This document shows, piece by piece, positions 1 through 9,402 of a DNA stretch of 64,000 nucleotides. The translations under genes and the position numbers were made by a program. Under the pieces are notes generated by a model. That model was not told the origin of the DNA. It saw only the letters and a list, made by a program, of their open reading frames with translations, and made no database searches. Within the stretch, counting starts at the first letter, position 1. The number at the start of each line of letters is the position of its first letter. Origin of the DNA: Clostridia bacterium (GTDB lineage Bacteria > Bacillota > Clostridia > TANB77 > CAG-508); the NCBI GenBank assembly GCA_022793875.1, contig JAAWDR010000002.1, positions 2,399 through 66,398 on the forward strand, written 5' to 3'.

Positions 1-415
1 TTCTCTTTGCCATTTCTAATAATCCATATAAATGTCTTATATGGCTGTGAACTCCACCATCTGATACTAATCCTAAAATATGCAATTTTGAATTATTTTT
101 CTTACAATTTTCTATTGCTGCTATAAATTCTGGATTGCTAAAAAATTCACCATCTTCTATTGATTTTGTTATTCTTGTTAATTCTTGGTATACTATTCTT
201 CCTGCTCCTATATTTGTATGTCCTACTTCTGAATTTCCCATTTGCCCTTCTGGTAATCCTACATGTAATCCGCTTGTAAATATATCTGTATTAGGATACT
301 TTTTCATTAGTCTATCTATATTAGGTGTATTTGCTAATTTTATTGCATTTCCATCTTTATTTTGATTGTCTCCAAATCCATCTAATATCATTAGCATTGT
401 TACTTTGTTATTCAT
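1..415 (-). CDS. gpmI: 2,3-bisphosphoglycerate-independent phosphoglycerate mutase, 5' part (gene runs off window start)
   Basis: Own minus-strand translation from ATG 415-413: [37 protein letters not shown]...[25 protein letters not shown], typical iPGM N-terminus. Lies downstream of tpiA, as in gap-pgk-tpi-gpmI clusters. Absent from the ORF track because it is truncated. Confidence 0.85.
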   Translation of the reverse strand, partial: MNNKVTMLMILDGFGDNQNKDGNAIKLANTPNIDRLMKKYPNTDIFTSGLHVGLPEGQMGNSEVGHTNIGAGRIVYQELTRITKSIEDGEFFSNPEFIAAIENCKKNNSKLHILGLVSDGGVHSHIRHLYGLLEMAKR

Positions 416-430
416 TATTATGCTCCCCTT

Positions 431-1183
431 CTATTTATTATAATTTACTATTTTAGCAAATTCATCTGGCTTTAAGCTAGCTCCACCTACTAATCCTCCA
501 TCAATATCTGACATTTCAAACAATTCTTTAGCATTCGAAGATTTCACGCTACCACCATATTGTATTATAACTCCATTTGCTATCATTTGTCCATAGATTT
601 GACAAATTTTGTCACGAATTGCCTTTATACTATTATTTGCATCTTCTGCTGTTGCCGTTTTTCCTGTACCTATTGCCCATATTGGTTCATATGCTATTAT
701 TGTCCTTTCTACTTGCTCTGCTGTTAGCCCTTGTAATGCTAATTCTGTTTGTGTTGTAATTATTTCTTCTGTTCTATTTGCTTCTCTCTCCTCTAGAGTT
801 TCTCCCACACATACTATTGGCTTTAAATCATTTGCAAATGCTGCTTTTATCTTTTTATTTACAGTTTCATCTGTTTCATTATAATATTGTCTTCTCTCAG
901 AATGTCCTATTATAACATATTCAACTCCTATTGACTTTAACATTTTTCCTGATACTTCACCAGTATATGCTCCACTTTCTTCAAAGTGCATGTTTTGTGC
1001 TCCTATTTTTATATTTGTTTCTTGTGCTGTTAAAAGTGCATAAAATAAATCTGTATATGGTACACATAGTATTACTTCATTATTTGTATTTTTTACTTCT
1101 GGTTCTAATTTTTCTATAAAATCTATTGCTTCATTTGGAAGCATATTCATTTTCCAGTTTCCTGCAATTACTTTTTTTCTCAT
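431..1183 (-). CDS. tpiA: triosephosphate isomerase
   Basis: ORF 431..1240 trimmed to ATG 1183 (MRKKVIAGNWKMN) with a GGAGGA RBS just upstream. Motifs AGNWKMN, IIGHSERR, AYEPIWAIGTG. The 19 upstream ORF codons are repeat-encoded. Confidence 0.95.
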   Translation of the reverse strand: MRKKVIAGNWKMNMLPNEAIDFIEKLEPEVKNTNNEVILCVPYTDLFYALLTAQETNIKIGAQNMHFEESGAYTGEVSGKMLKSIGVEYVIIGHSERRQYYNETDETVNKKIKAAFANDLKPIVCVGETLEEREANRTEEIITTQTELALQGLTAEQVERTIIAYEPIWAIGTGKTATAEDANNSIKAIRDKICQIYGQMIANGVIIQYGGSVKSSNAKELFEMSDIDGGLVGGASLKPDEFAKIVNYNK

Positions 1184-1196
1184 AAAATCCTCCTTT

Positions 1197-1324
1197 GAGA
1201 CACTTGGGACAGTCCAAAAATGTCTCACTTTTTTTGTCACATTTTGTCATGCTTTAATCACTTTTTATTTTCGATTTTTTTCTACATATTATGTGAGACA
1301 TTTTTGGACTGTCCCAAGTGTCTC
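1197..1324. repeat. inverted-repeat pair (32-nt arms GAGACACTTGGGACAGTCCAAAAATGTCTCAC, about 64-nt spacer), REP-like subfamily
   Basis: 1197-1228 is the exact reverse complement of 1293-1324. Contains the GGGAC/GTCC core shared with the other GC-rich intergenic repeats. Sits between the tpiA start and the NUDIX stop. Confidence 0.85.
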
Positions 1325-1839
1325 ATTTTTTTAAGCATAGAAATTTTTTCATCAAATGTATCCCATTTTACAAAGGTATAATCTTGATTATTTTGTTCTT
1401 TTAATTCTTCCATCTCTTCAATAGAAATATATCTTAAATCACTAACTTCTTCCTCTTGCATTGTATACTCTTCTATTTTATAATCTACATATGCAAAATA
1501 ATTATAGGTAAAATGATGGTTACATTCATTAGCTTTCTTTTTTTCTATACTTATTAGTTTGAATTTGTCTTGTGAAATTTTCACTCCTATTTCTTCTTCA
1601 ATTTCTCTTTGTATCCCTACGATTGGTGTCTCTCCACTGTCTACATGTCCACCTGTACGTGTCCATTTATTAGGATTAAGCTTTTTGCTTGCTGACCTTT
1701 TTTGAAATAGTAATTCTCCTTTTTCATTCATAATCCATGCTCCTACATGAATATGCCATAATCCCTTTTCATGTACTACACTTCTGTCTTCAACTCCTAT
1801 TACATTTCCATCTTCATCTAATACATCTAATAATTCCAT
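1282..1839 (-). CDS. NUDIX hydrolase
   Basis: 185-aa ORF with Nudix box GGHVDSGETPIVGIQREIEEEIGV. The last ~13 codons run into the 1293-1324 repeat arm. Confidence 0.85.
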   Translation of the reverse strand: MELLDVLDEDGNVIGVEDRSVVHEKGLWHIHVGAWIMNEKGELLFQKRSASKKLNPNKWTRTGGHVDSGETPIVGIQREIEEEIGVKISQDKFKLISIEKKKANECNHHFTYNYFAYVDYKIEEYTMQEEEVSDLRYISIEEMEELKEQNNQDYTFVKWDTFDEKISMLKKMRHLGQSKNVSHNM

Positions 1840-1920
1840 AAATTCTTCTCCTTGTATTTGTAGAAAATAACATTACTTTTTTATTATTACTATTAATATA
1901 TACACAATTAAAGTATATTG

Positions 1921-3102
1921 TTATTTGTTTAGTAAACATTCAATTCCAGGTAACTTCTTTCCTTCTAAAAATTCAAGTGAAGCTCCACCACCAGTAGAAA
2001 TATGTGTCATTTTATCTGCCAAACCTGCTTTTTCTACTGCTGCTCCTGAATCTCCTCCACCAATTATTGTTGTTGCATCTAATTCTGACAAAACTTTTGC
2101 TATTGCATTAGTTCCAATTGCAAATTGATCAAATTCGAATAGTCCTAAAGGTCCATTCCAAATTACAGTTTTAGCATTCTCTAATTCTTCTGCAAACATT
2201 TCTATTGTTTTTTCTCCTATGTCAAATCCTTCCCATTCATCTGGTATCTCTGTCCACGCAACTGTTTTACTTTCAGTATCTGGTTTAAATTCTTTTCCTA
2301 TTTTTGTGTCTATTGGTAATAACAATTTTACACCTTTTTGTTTTGCTTTTTCCATAGCTTCTAATGCTAAATTTATTTTATCTACTTCACATAGAGAATT
2401 TCCGACATTATATCCCTGTGCTTTAAAAAATGTATATGCCATTCCTCCTCCAATCATTAATGTGTCTACTTTATCTAATAAACTATCTATTACTCCTATT
2501 TTATCTGATACTTTTGCTCCTCCAAGTATTGCCATAAATGGTCTTTCTGGATTGTTTATTGCATTTCCTAGTACATCCAATTCTTTTTCTATTAAAAATC
2601 CTGATACTGCTGGTATATAGTCTGCTACCCCTGTTGTTGATGCATGTGCTCTGTGTGCTGCTCCAAATGCATCATTTACAAATATCTCTGCTATTGAAGC
2701 TAATTCTTTGGCAAATTCTGGATTGTTATCAGTTTCTTCTCTATGAAATCTTACATTTTCAAGTAATAATATTTCTCCTTCTTTTAAATTTGAAGCTTTT
2801 TCTTTTGCATCTTCTCCTATTACATCATCTGCCATTATAACTTCTCTATCTAGTAATTTTGATAATTCTTTTGCTACTGGTTTTAATGAATATTCTGGTT
2901 TTACTTCTCCTTTTGGTCTTCCTAAGTGTGAGGCTAATACTATTTTGCAGTTTTGTTCTAATAAATATTTTATTGTTGGTAGTGCTGCTACTATTCTTGT
3001 ATTATCTGTTATATTCTTATTGTCATCCATTGGTACATTAAAATCGCATCTTACAAATACTTTTTTTCCTTTCAATTCAATATCTTTTACTGTTTTTTTC
3101 AT
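1921..3102 (-). CDS. pgk: phosphoglycerate kinase
   Basis: ORF 1921..3174 trimmed to ATG 3102 ([24 protein letters not shown]) behind a GAGGAGGA RBS. Pgk-like along the full length ([13 protein letters not shown]). Confidence 0.95.
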   Translation of the reverse strand: MKKTVKDIELKGKKVFVRCDFNVPMDDNKNITDNTRIVAALPTIKYLLEQNCKIVLASHLGRPKGEVKPEYSLKPVAKELSKLLDREVIMADDVIGEDAKEKASNLKEGEILLLENVRFHREETDNNPEFAKELASIAEIFVNDAFGAAHRAHASTTGVADYIPAVSGFLIEKELDVLGNAINNPERPFMAILGGAKVSDKIGVIDSLLDKVDTLMIGGGMAYTFFKAQGYNVGNSLCEVDKINLALEAMEKAKQKGVKLLLPIDTKIGKEFKPDTESKTVAWTEIPDEWEGFDIGEKTIEMFAEELENAKTVIWNGPLGLFEFDQFAIGTNAIAKVLSELDATTIIGGGDSGAAVEKAGLADKMTHISTGGGASLEFLEGKKLPGIECLLNK

Positions 3103-3501
3103 TTTACATTCCTCCTCTTTTTGGTCACAATTATATATATTCATTGTAACTCTGTTTGATAGAACAAAAGGCATGACTAAAATTTTTTAACTTTTTAGAA
3201 TACTTTTCATACCTCGTCTTTGTTAGTGTGCCTAATTTCTATAAGAAATTTGTGTACATCTAATATTATAAAATGTGAAAATATAACTTTCCTATTTTAT
3301 AATATTTACTTAATTTCTCAAGTCAATACAATTTTATACTAAAAAAAAATACTTTTCAAGTATTATTTCAAGTATTTATTTATAAAAATTTTTTTGAGAC
3401 TAGTTACTAATTCCCTACACTTATAGTGGTAGTTTATAATTTACAGTTTGTGTTGTTTTAAATTTTTTAATTGTAAAATAATGTACAAATGAGGTGTTTA
3501 T

Positions 3502-3825
3502 ATGTACGATTTAAATTATTTAGAAATTGGAAAAAGAATTAAATTAAAAAGGAAAGAAAACAATTTAACACAAGAAAAACTATCTGAAATAATTGATGTG
3601 TCTCCTTCTTATATTAGTGAAATTGAACGTGGATGTAGTATTTGTAGCCTAGCAACTATTACAAATCTTGCTGTAACTTTAAATACAAGCTTAGATTATC
3701 TAATTTTTGGAATTACAGCAGACAATTCTAATCAAACTTTCACAGAAATTTTGAAAACAATACCTAAGAAGAATCATAACCTATTTATAAATCTATGTGA
3801 AAATATCTCAAATAGTTTAAAATGA
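3502..3825 (+). CDS. XRE-family helix-turn-helix transcriptional regulator
   Basis: 107 aa. N-terminal HTH_3-like segment IGKRIKLKRKENNLTQEKLSEIIDVSPSYISEIERG. GAGGTG RBS upstream. Confidence 0.8.
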   Translation: MYDLNYLEIGKRIKLKRKENNLTQEKLSEIIDVSPSYISEIERGCSICSLATITNLAVTLNTSLDYLIFGITADNSNQTFTEILKTIPKKNHNLFINLCENISNSLK

Positions 3826-4086
3826 AATCTCTAGAGTTTGAAAACTATCAAATTTAATTAAAATTGATTTATCTTCTAATTCCTCAATTTTCATAATTTG
3901 ATGATTGTTCAAACTTATTTCTTTATTAAATTTATCATAAAATATCAAATAGTTTTCTTTATTTGATATTTTTTTCACTTCAAATTCAATATTCATTGAA
4001 ATTGTACCTTTGAAAAATAATTCTATTTGTTTATTTTCATAATTTTTTAGTATCTCTACCAAATTATCTATTGTTATTCTTTTCAT
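3817..4086 (-). CDS. hypothetical protein (89 aa)
   Basis: Open frame convergent with the XRE gene and overlapping it by 9 nt. No recognisable motif. Confidence 0.4.
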   Translation of the reverse strand: MKRITIDNLVEILKNYENKQIELFFKGTISMNIEFEVKKISNKENYLIFYDKFNKEISLNNHQIMKIEELEDKSILIKFDSFQTLEISF

Positions 4087-4318
4087 ATTAATATCATTCC
4101 TTTTCTTTTGAATATATTATATGCTATTAAAATTTAATTATGATAATTTTTATATTCATCTTTTAATACTGATTTTTTATTTCACTCATTTTATCTTTCT
4201 CTTTCATAAATATTAATTTATAAGTTTTATTAATTATAATATTTATCATCTCTTTTGTCAATATTAATTTAATAGTTTATTTTAAAAAGAACAAAAATAC
4301 ATGATAAAAATATTTGTA

Positions 4319-4370
4319 TGCAAAGTATTTATATTATAGGAAGTTCGCAGAACTTTCCTATAATATAAAA
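4319..4370. repeat. 52-nt palindromic element, copy 1 (TGCAAAGTATTTATATTATAGGAAGTTCGCAGAACTTTCCTATAATATAAA)
   Basis: Near-identical (1 mismatch by eye) to 52714-52765. Hairpin arms of about 17 bp. Lies 41 nt downstream of the gap stop. Confidence 0.85.
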
Positions 4371-4410
4371 AAGTATTCAAATTACTGAATACTCTTTGTA
4401 TTTTATAAAA

Positions 4411-5427
4411 TTATCCTAATTCTGCAAAATATTTTATAGTTCTTACCATTTGGCTAGTATACGAATTTTCATTATCATACCAAGAAACAACTTGAACTTG
4501 ATATAAATCTTCACCAATTTTTGTAACCATTGTTTGAGTACTATCAAATAATGAACCATATCTCATTCCAATTACATCTGAAGAAACTAAATATTCATCT
4601 GTATATCCAAATGATGCACTTTCTTGTGCTTTCATTGCAGCATTTACTCCTTCTTCTGTAATATCTTTTCCTTTTACAACTGCAACTAATATAGTTGTTG
4701 AACCTGTTGTAACTGGAACTCTTTGTGCTGAACCAATTAATTTTCCATTTAATTCTGGAATTACTAATCCTATTGCTTTTGCAGCTCCTGTTGTATTTGG
4801 TACTATATTTGCAGCAGCTGCTCTAGCTCTTCTTAAATCACCTTTTCTATGTGGTCCATCTAAAAGCATTTGATCTCCTGTATATGCATGAACTGTTGTC
4901 ATTATTCCTGATTGAATTGGTGCATAATCATTTAAAGCTTTTGCCATCGGTGCTAAACAGTTTGTTGTACAAGATGCTGCTGATATAACTTTTTCTTCTG
5001 GTGTTAATATTTTTTCATTTACACCAAAAACTACTGTTGGTAAATCTTTTCCAGCTGGTGCTGAAATAACAACTTTTTTAGCTCCTGCTTGTATATGAGC
5101 TGATGCTTTTTCTTTTGATGTATAGAATCCTGTACATTCAAGAACTACATCTACTCCTATTTCTCCCCATGGTAAGTTTTGTGCTTCTTTTTCTGAATAT
5201 ATTTTTATTGTTTTTCCATCTACTGTTATTGAATCTTCTCCTGCTACTACTGTATCTGCTTTTTCATATTTTCCTTGTGCTGAATCATATTTTAATAAGT
5301 GAGCTAACATATCTGGGCTTGTTAAATCATTTATTGCAACAATTTCATACCCTTCTGCTCCAAACATTTGTCTAAATGCTAGACGTCCTATACGTCCAAA
5401 ACCATTAATGGCTACTTTTACTGACAT
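4411..5427 (-). CDS. gap: type I glyceraldehyde-3-phosphate dehydrogenase
   Basis: [15 protein letters not shown]..., active-site [14 protein letters not shown] near the C-terminus. Confidence 0.96.
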   Translation of the reverse strand: MSVKVAINGFGRIGRLAFRQMFGAEGYEIVAINDLTSPDMLAHLLKYDSAQGKYEKADTVVAGEDSITVDGKTIKIYSEKEAQNLPWGEIGVDVVLECTGFYTSKEKASAHIQAGAKKVVISAPAGKDLPTVVFGVNEKILTPEEKVISAASCTTNCLAPMAKALNDYAPIQSGIMTTVHAYTGDQMLLDGPHRKGDLRRARAAAANIVPNTTGAAKAIGLVIPELNGKLIGSAQRVPVTTGSTTILVAVVKGKDITEEGVNAAMKAQESASFGYTDEYLVSSDVIGMRYGSLFDSTQTMVTKIGEDLYQVQVVSWYDNENSYTSQMVRTIKYFAELG

Positions 5428-5527
5428 AATAATTTCCTCCTTAAATTTTTGTATTTTCTATCTTTAGTATTGCCTTAATTTTATTTGGCAATACTATTTT
5501 ATATCAAAAAAATGCAGTTTTCAAGTA

Positions 5528-7453
5528 TTATTTCTTATTTTTATTTGTTAAATGATAATTTCCATACAACTTCTCAAGAACAATAATAAACATTGCATGA
5601 GACCATCCAAGACCAATAACCCAATTAGGCTTCAAAGTCTCATTATCAACCTGCTCACCTAAGAAATAATGTTTTCCTACAGTCTTAACAACAAAATCGA
5701 AAGTCTCTTTAGCCTTTTTCTTCTCTCCAGTCTCCAAATAATATAAAGTCATCCAAAGAGTTGCAATAGGCCAAGGATTACCATTCATATAATGATCATT
5801 CTCAAACCTTTGATATCCACCAGTATATGTTCTTAAAGATAAATTAATTCTCTCGATAGTATTTTGCACTTTCTTTTCTTTTGGTTTAAACATATTAAAT
5901 GGTGTAACAGCCCCTAAAATACTAATATCCATCTTATTATCTTCTGTATTTCTTAAATATGTTTTTCTTTCATCATCATACATATTATTATTAACATATT
6001 TTTTAACTTCTACTTGTAGTCTTTCAATTTCTTTTTTATTTTTAGATACTTTTTCTTCTTTTAATCTATTATTTTCAAATTCAGAAACATTATTTCTTAA
6101 AACATCATATATTTTTAGCATACAATCAAATGCAGCATATATACTTGCAAAAGAATATAAATGTTTTCCTTCATTCATTTCCCATAAATCATAACTTACA
6201 TGATACTTATTAGTTCCTTCTAATATATCATTTACATATCTTTTCAAGAAATCTATTGCCTTTTCACACATTTGCAAATTATCCTTTAAGAATTTTTCTG
6301 AATTGCAATATTTATAATGTTCATATACCCCATAAACAACACTTGCAGTCTCATCAATTTGATATCCCCAACATGGTGCTAAATTTCCATCTGTATAAAA
6401 TCTCTGCTCAAACATTCCATTTTTACTTTGAACCTTTTTACAAAATACTTTATAAAATCTTTCTGTTTCTTTATCCATTTTTAAAATATCCATTGCTTTA
6501 GTTATAAAAACAGCATCTCTTGGCCAGCAATATGCATATCTTCCACATTTAGTAAAACCTTCATCTATTTCTGGTGATGCAATTATAGCCCCTGTTTCCG
6601 GATTTGTTAATAATGGAAATAATAAAATACTTCTTTTATATATTTCATAAATCCTTTCTTCATAGCTATTATCAGATTCTTTTATTTTTAATCCATTATG
6701 ATTTTTAACATATTTTCTCCAATAAGTTTTTGTATTTATATATTCTTTTTCAAAATCTATTCTTTTAATTCTTTCTATTTCATTTTCTATATCAGATATA
6801 TTTTTATTTTCATCTATTGATATACATATTTGCAATTCTTGTTTTTGTCCAGGTCTTATTATTCCTACTTTATATGCAATTGAAGAATCTTTTGACATGC
6901 CGATATAATCTTTATCATAAATATCTGTTCTTTTTATATTATTTAAACTTCCATTTATTTGATGTTTTATTAAATCTCTACCTTTTGCAAACGTAGAAAA
7001 AGTAAAATCATGTGCATATTGCATCATTCCACCATCAACAATTTTACATCCTACAAAATTGTTTGTATCTGATAATAATTCAGAATGAATATAAAATTCA
7101 GTATCTAAATCTATTGTACCTTCATTTATAAAAACATATTTTTTAGCTAATACATTTTGTTTTATTAAAATATAATCAGTTTGTACAATTTTCAAATTAA
7201 AATATGTATTTGTTATTTCTGTATTTAATATATTTGTGTCTGTGTCATAATATTGTTTATATATATTATTTATATCATCATGCAAATATATTAAATCAGA
7301 TTCATTTACTTTTACTCCTGTATGAAAGTAATTTATGTATTGTTTGTTATCTTTACTTGGAAAATATACTCTTTGTAGTTCCCCCTTTGATGTGTATGTT
7401 GCTATCATTTTCTTATTTCCAATTATTGCTTCATTTAAATATTTGTTTTCCAT
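5528..7453 (-). CDS. glycoside hydrolase family 15 (glucoamylase-like) protein
   Basis: 641 aa. C-terminal (alpha/alpha)6-type segments such as CWPRDA, WGYQIDETA, DLWEMNEG and GYQRFENDHY resemble GH15 glucoamylase/glucodextranase catalytic domains. Confidence 0.7.
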   Translation of the reverse strand: MENKYLNEAIIGNKKMIATYTSKGELQRVYFPSKDNKQYINYFHTGVKVNESDLIYLHDDINNIYKQYYDTDTNILNTEITNTYFNLKIVQTDYILIKQNVLAKKYVFINEGTIDLDTEFYIHSELLSDTNNFVGCKIVDGGMMQYAHDFTFSTFAKGRDLIKHQINGSLNNIKRTDIYDKDYIGMSKDSSIAYKVGIIRPGQKQELQICISIDENKNISDIENEIERIKRIDFEKEYINTKTYWRKYVKNHNGLKIKESDNSYEERIYEIYKRSILLFPLLTNPETGAIIASPEIDEGFTKCGRYAYCWPRDAVFITKAMDILKMDKETERFYKVFCKKVQSKNGMFEQRFYTDGNLAPCWGYQIDETASVVYGVYEHYKYCNSEKFLKDNLQMCEKAIDFLKRYVNDILEGTNKYHVSYDLWEMNEGKHLYSFASIYAAFDCMLKIYDVLRNNVSEFENNRLKEEKVSKNKKEIERLQVEVKKYVNNNMYDDERKTYLRNTEDNKMDISILGAVTPFNMFKPKEKKVQNTIERINLSLRTYTGGYQRFENDHYMNGNPWPIATLWMTLYYLETGEKKKAKETFDFVVKTVGKHYFLGEQVDNETLKPNWVIGLGWSHAMFIIVLEKLYGNYHLTNKNKK

Positions 7454-7468
7454 TTCAATTTCCTTCCT

Positions 7469-7605
7469 GTGTCAATAGGGACGCCCTTTTTTGACACATT
7501 TTTGGACCAAAAGGGACACTCTTATTAAAATTATGTTTTTATATAATACAAAGGGTGTCCCTTTTGGTTTATTTTTGTGTCAAAAAAGGGCGTCCCTATT
7601 GACCC
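7469..7605. repeat. inverted pair of GTGTCAAnAGGGACGCCCTTTTTTGACAC-type hairpin repeats (REP-like subfamily 2)
   Basis: The 7471-7519 arm is a near reverse complement of 7555-7603, with a 35-nt AT loop. Each arm is itself palindromic. Same motif as 48714-48746. Fills the GH15 / beta-CASP intergenic region. Confidence 0.85.
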
Positions 7606-7613
7606 ATTGACAT

Positions 7614-9260
7614 TTATCCTTCAATTACACTTAAAATTTGTCTTTCTAAATCCTTTATTTTTTCATTAATTCTAAAAATATCTTCATCTTTTAAATTTTT
7701 ATTATCCATATCTTCTTTTACACAAGCTTCCATATCAAATATTTCTTCTCTTAATTTTTCAAGTCTATTCAATACTTCTTTTCTCTTATTTACTGGTAAT
7801 TTTCTCTCTGATTTAGCTGTTAGTTTTACTTCTTCTTTATTTAATTCATATGTCTCTCCAAAATCTGCAATCATAACAGGCAATTCAGCTTCTTGCTCTA
7901 TTTTTTCCTTTAAAACTGCTTGTGCATCTTCATCACCATGTACTAGGAATATTTGCTTTGGTTTTTCTCTAAAAGAATATATAAAATTCATTAATCCATC
8001 TTGGTCTGCGTGTCCTGAATATCCCTCTAAGTATTCTATTCTAGCATTTACAGCAATTTCTTCTCCAAATATTTTTACTTTTTTAGCTCCATTAACAATA
8101 CTATATCCTAATGTTCCTGGTGCCTGATATCCTACAAATAATATTGTTGAATTTGGATTCCATAAATTATGTTTTAAATGATGTTTTATTCTTCCAACAT
8201 CACACATACCACTTGCTGATATTATTACACTTGGTGTTGAATCTTCATTTAATGCTTTTGATTCTTCTGCTGTTACTGTAAATTTTAATCCTGGAAATTC
8301 TAATGGATTATCTCCTCTTTGCATTTCAGCTTGTGTTTCTTCATCAAATAAATCCATATTCTCTTTAAATACTTCTGTTGCTGATATTGCAAGAGGACTG
8401 TCTACGTATACTGGTGCTTTCATTAATGTTTCATATTCTCTTAAGAATTTTTCGTCATTTGTAGTTTCTTTTATTTTATTTAATTCATATAATATTTCTT
8501 GTGTTCTTCCTACTGCAAATGATGGAATTACTACAGTACCATTTCTATCAAGTGTTTCTGATACTATATTTAAAAATAGTTCTGCTTTTTCTTCATTTCT
8601 CATATGTTTTCTACTTCCATATGTAGATTCCATTACTAAATAATCTGCATCTTCTATCATTGTTGGTTCACTTAATAATGGAATATCATTGTTTCCTAAG
8701 TCACCTGTAAAAACTGTTTTTGTTTGCTCTCCATCTTCTTTTACCCATACTTCTATAACACTTGACCCTAGCATGTGTCCTGCATCATTAAATCTTACAT
8801 AAATTTCTGGTGTTATTTCTATTATCTCATCATATTTTACTGGTTCAAATATTTCTAAACATCTTGCTGCTTGCTCTGCTGTGTATAAAGGTTCACGTGC
8901 TGGTTCACCTTTTCTCATTCTTTTTCTGTTCTTCCACTCATTTTCCATTTCTTGAATGTGACCACTATCTGGTAACATTAATGCACACAAATCACATGTT
9001 GCTTTTTGAGCATATATTTTATTTCTAAAACCTTCATTATATAGTTTTGGTATTCTTCCTGAATGGTCTATATGTGCATGTGTTAATAATACAAAATCTA
9101 TATCTGTTGGATTAAATTCAAATTCTTGAAAATTCTCCTCTTCTAATTCTCTTTTTCCTTGCCACATTCCACAATCTACTAAAAATTTTTTTCCAGCTGC
9201 TTCTACTAAATAGTTTGAACCTGTTACTGTTTTAGTTGCTCCTAAAAATGTAATTTTCAT
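7614..9260 (-). CDS. MBL-fold beta-CASP ribonuclease-like hydrolase
   Basis: 548 aa. HAHIDHSG metallo-beta-lactamase motif, beta-CASP-like middle part, SGHAD late motif, charged coiled-coil C-terminal tail. Confidence 0.75.
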   Translation of the reverse strand: MKITFLGATKTVTGSNYLVEAAGKKFLVDCGMWQGKRELEEENFQEFEFNPTDIDFVLLTHAHIDHSGRIPKLYNEGFRNKIYAQKATCDLCALMLPDSGHIQEMENEWKNRKRMRKGEPAREPLYTAEQAARCLEIFEPVKYDEIIEITPEIYVRFNDAGHMLGSSVIEVWVKEDGEQTKTVFTGDLGNNDIPLLSEPTMIEDADYLVMESTYGSRKHMRNEEKAELFLNIVSETLDRNGTVVIPSFAVGRTQEILYELNKIKETTNDEKFLREYETLMKAPVYVDSPLAISATEVFKENMDLFDEETQAEMQRGDNPLEFPGLKFTVTAEESKALNEDSTPSVIISASGMCDVGRIKHHLKHNLWNPNSTILFVGYQAPGTLGYSIVNGAKKVKIFGEEIAVNARIEYLEGYSGHADQDGLMNFIYSFREKPKQIFLVHGDEDAQAVLKEKIEQEAELPVMIADFGETYELNKEEVKLTAKSERKLPVNKRKEVLNRLEKLREEIFDMEACVKEDMDNKNLKDEDIFRINEKIKDLERQILSVIEG

Positions 9261-9284
9261 AAATTTTCCTCCTTTTTGTCTATT

Positions 9285-9402
9285 GGGGATTATATTTGAA
9301 CATTTTGTTCAAATATCCCCATTATCAAATTTAAGATATATCCCAATTTAGACATTTTGTCCAAACAGAACCATCCCAAATGTAGATTCCCTAATGGGAC
9401 AT
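9285..9402 (+). repeat. degenerate REP-like copies (GGGGAT...ATCCCC palindrome 9285-9322 plus a decayed full-length copy 9334-9402)
   Basis: 9334-9402 aligns by eye to the 56-nt consensus (AGATATATCCCAATTTAGACATTTTGTCCAAACAGAA...CCCTAATGGGACAT) with substitutions and an insertion. Confidence 0.6.

Noticed and set aside
1184-1240. N-terminal ORF extensions or small ORFs with W/G/R/F/C-rich peptides. Examples are the tpiA extension MTKKVRHFWTVPS.., 31035..31118 MMSNWGRFFLGHFVPLGTYL, 36222..36485, 36281..36496, 48498..48746 and 48696..49124.
   Set aside because: These residues are simply the stop-free frame of the REP-like repeats. Better starts with Shine-Dalgarno sites lie downstream.
3353-3369. 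A 17-nt identity, TTTTCAAGTATTATTTC, shared with 5518-5534 in the gap upstream region. The local palindrome AATACTT-TTC-AAGTATT was considered as a shared operator for glycolytic genes or the XRE regulator.
   Set aside because: With this base composition, rough arithmetic predicts several chance 17-mer matches in a 64-kb window. It is not significant without further copies or conservation.
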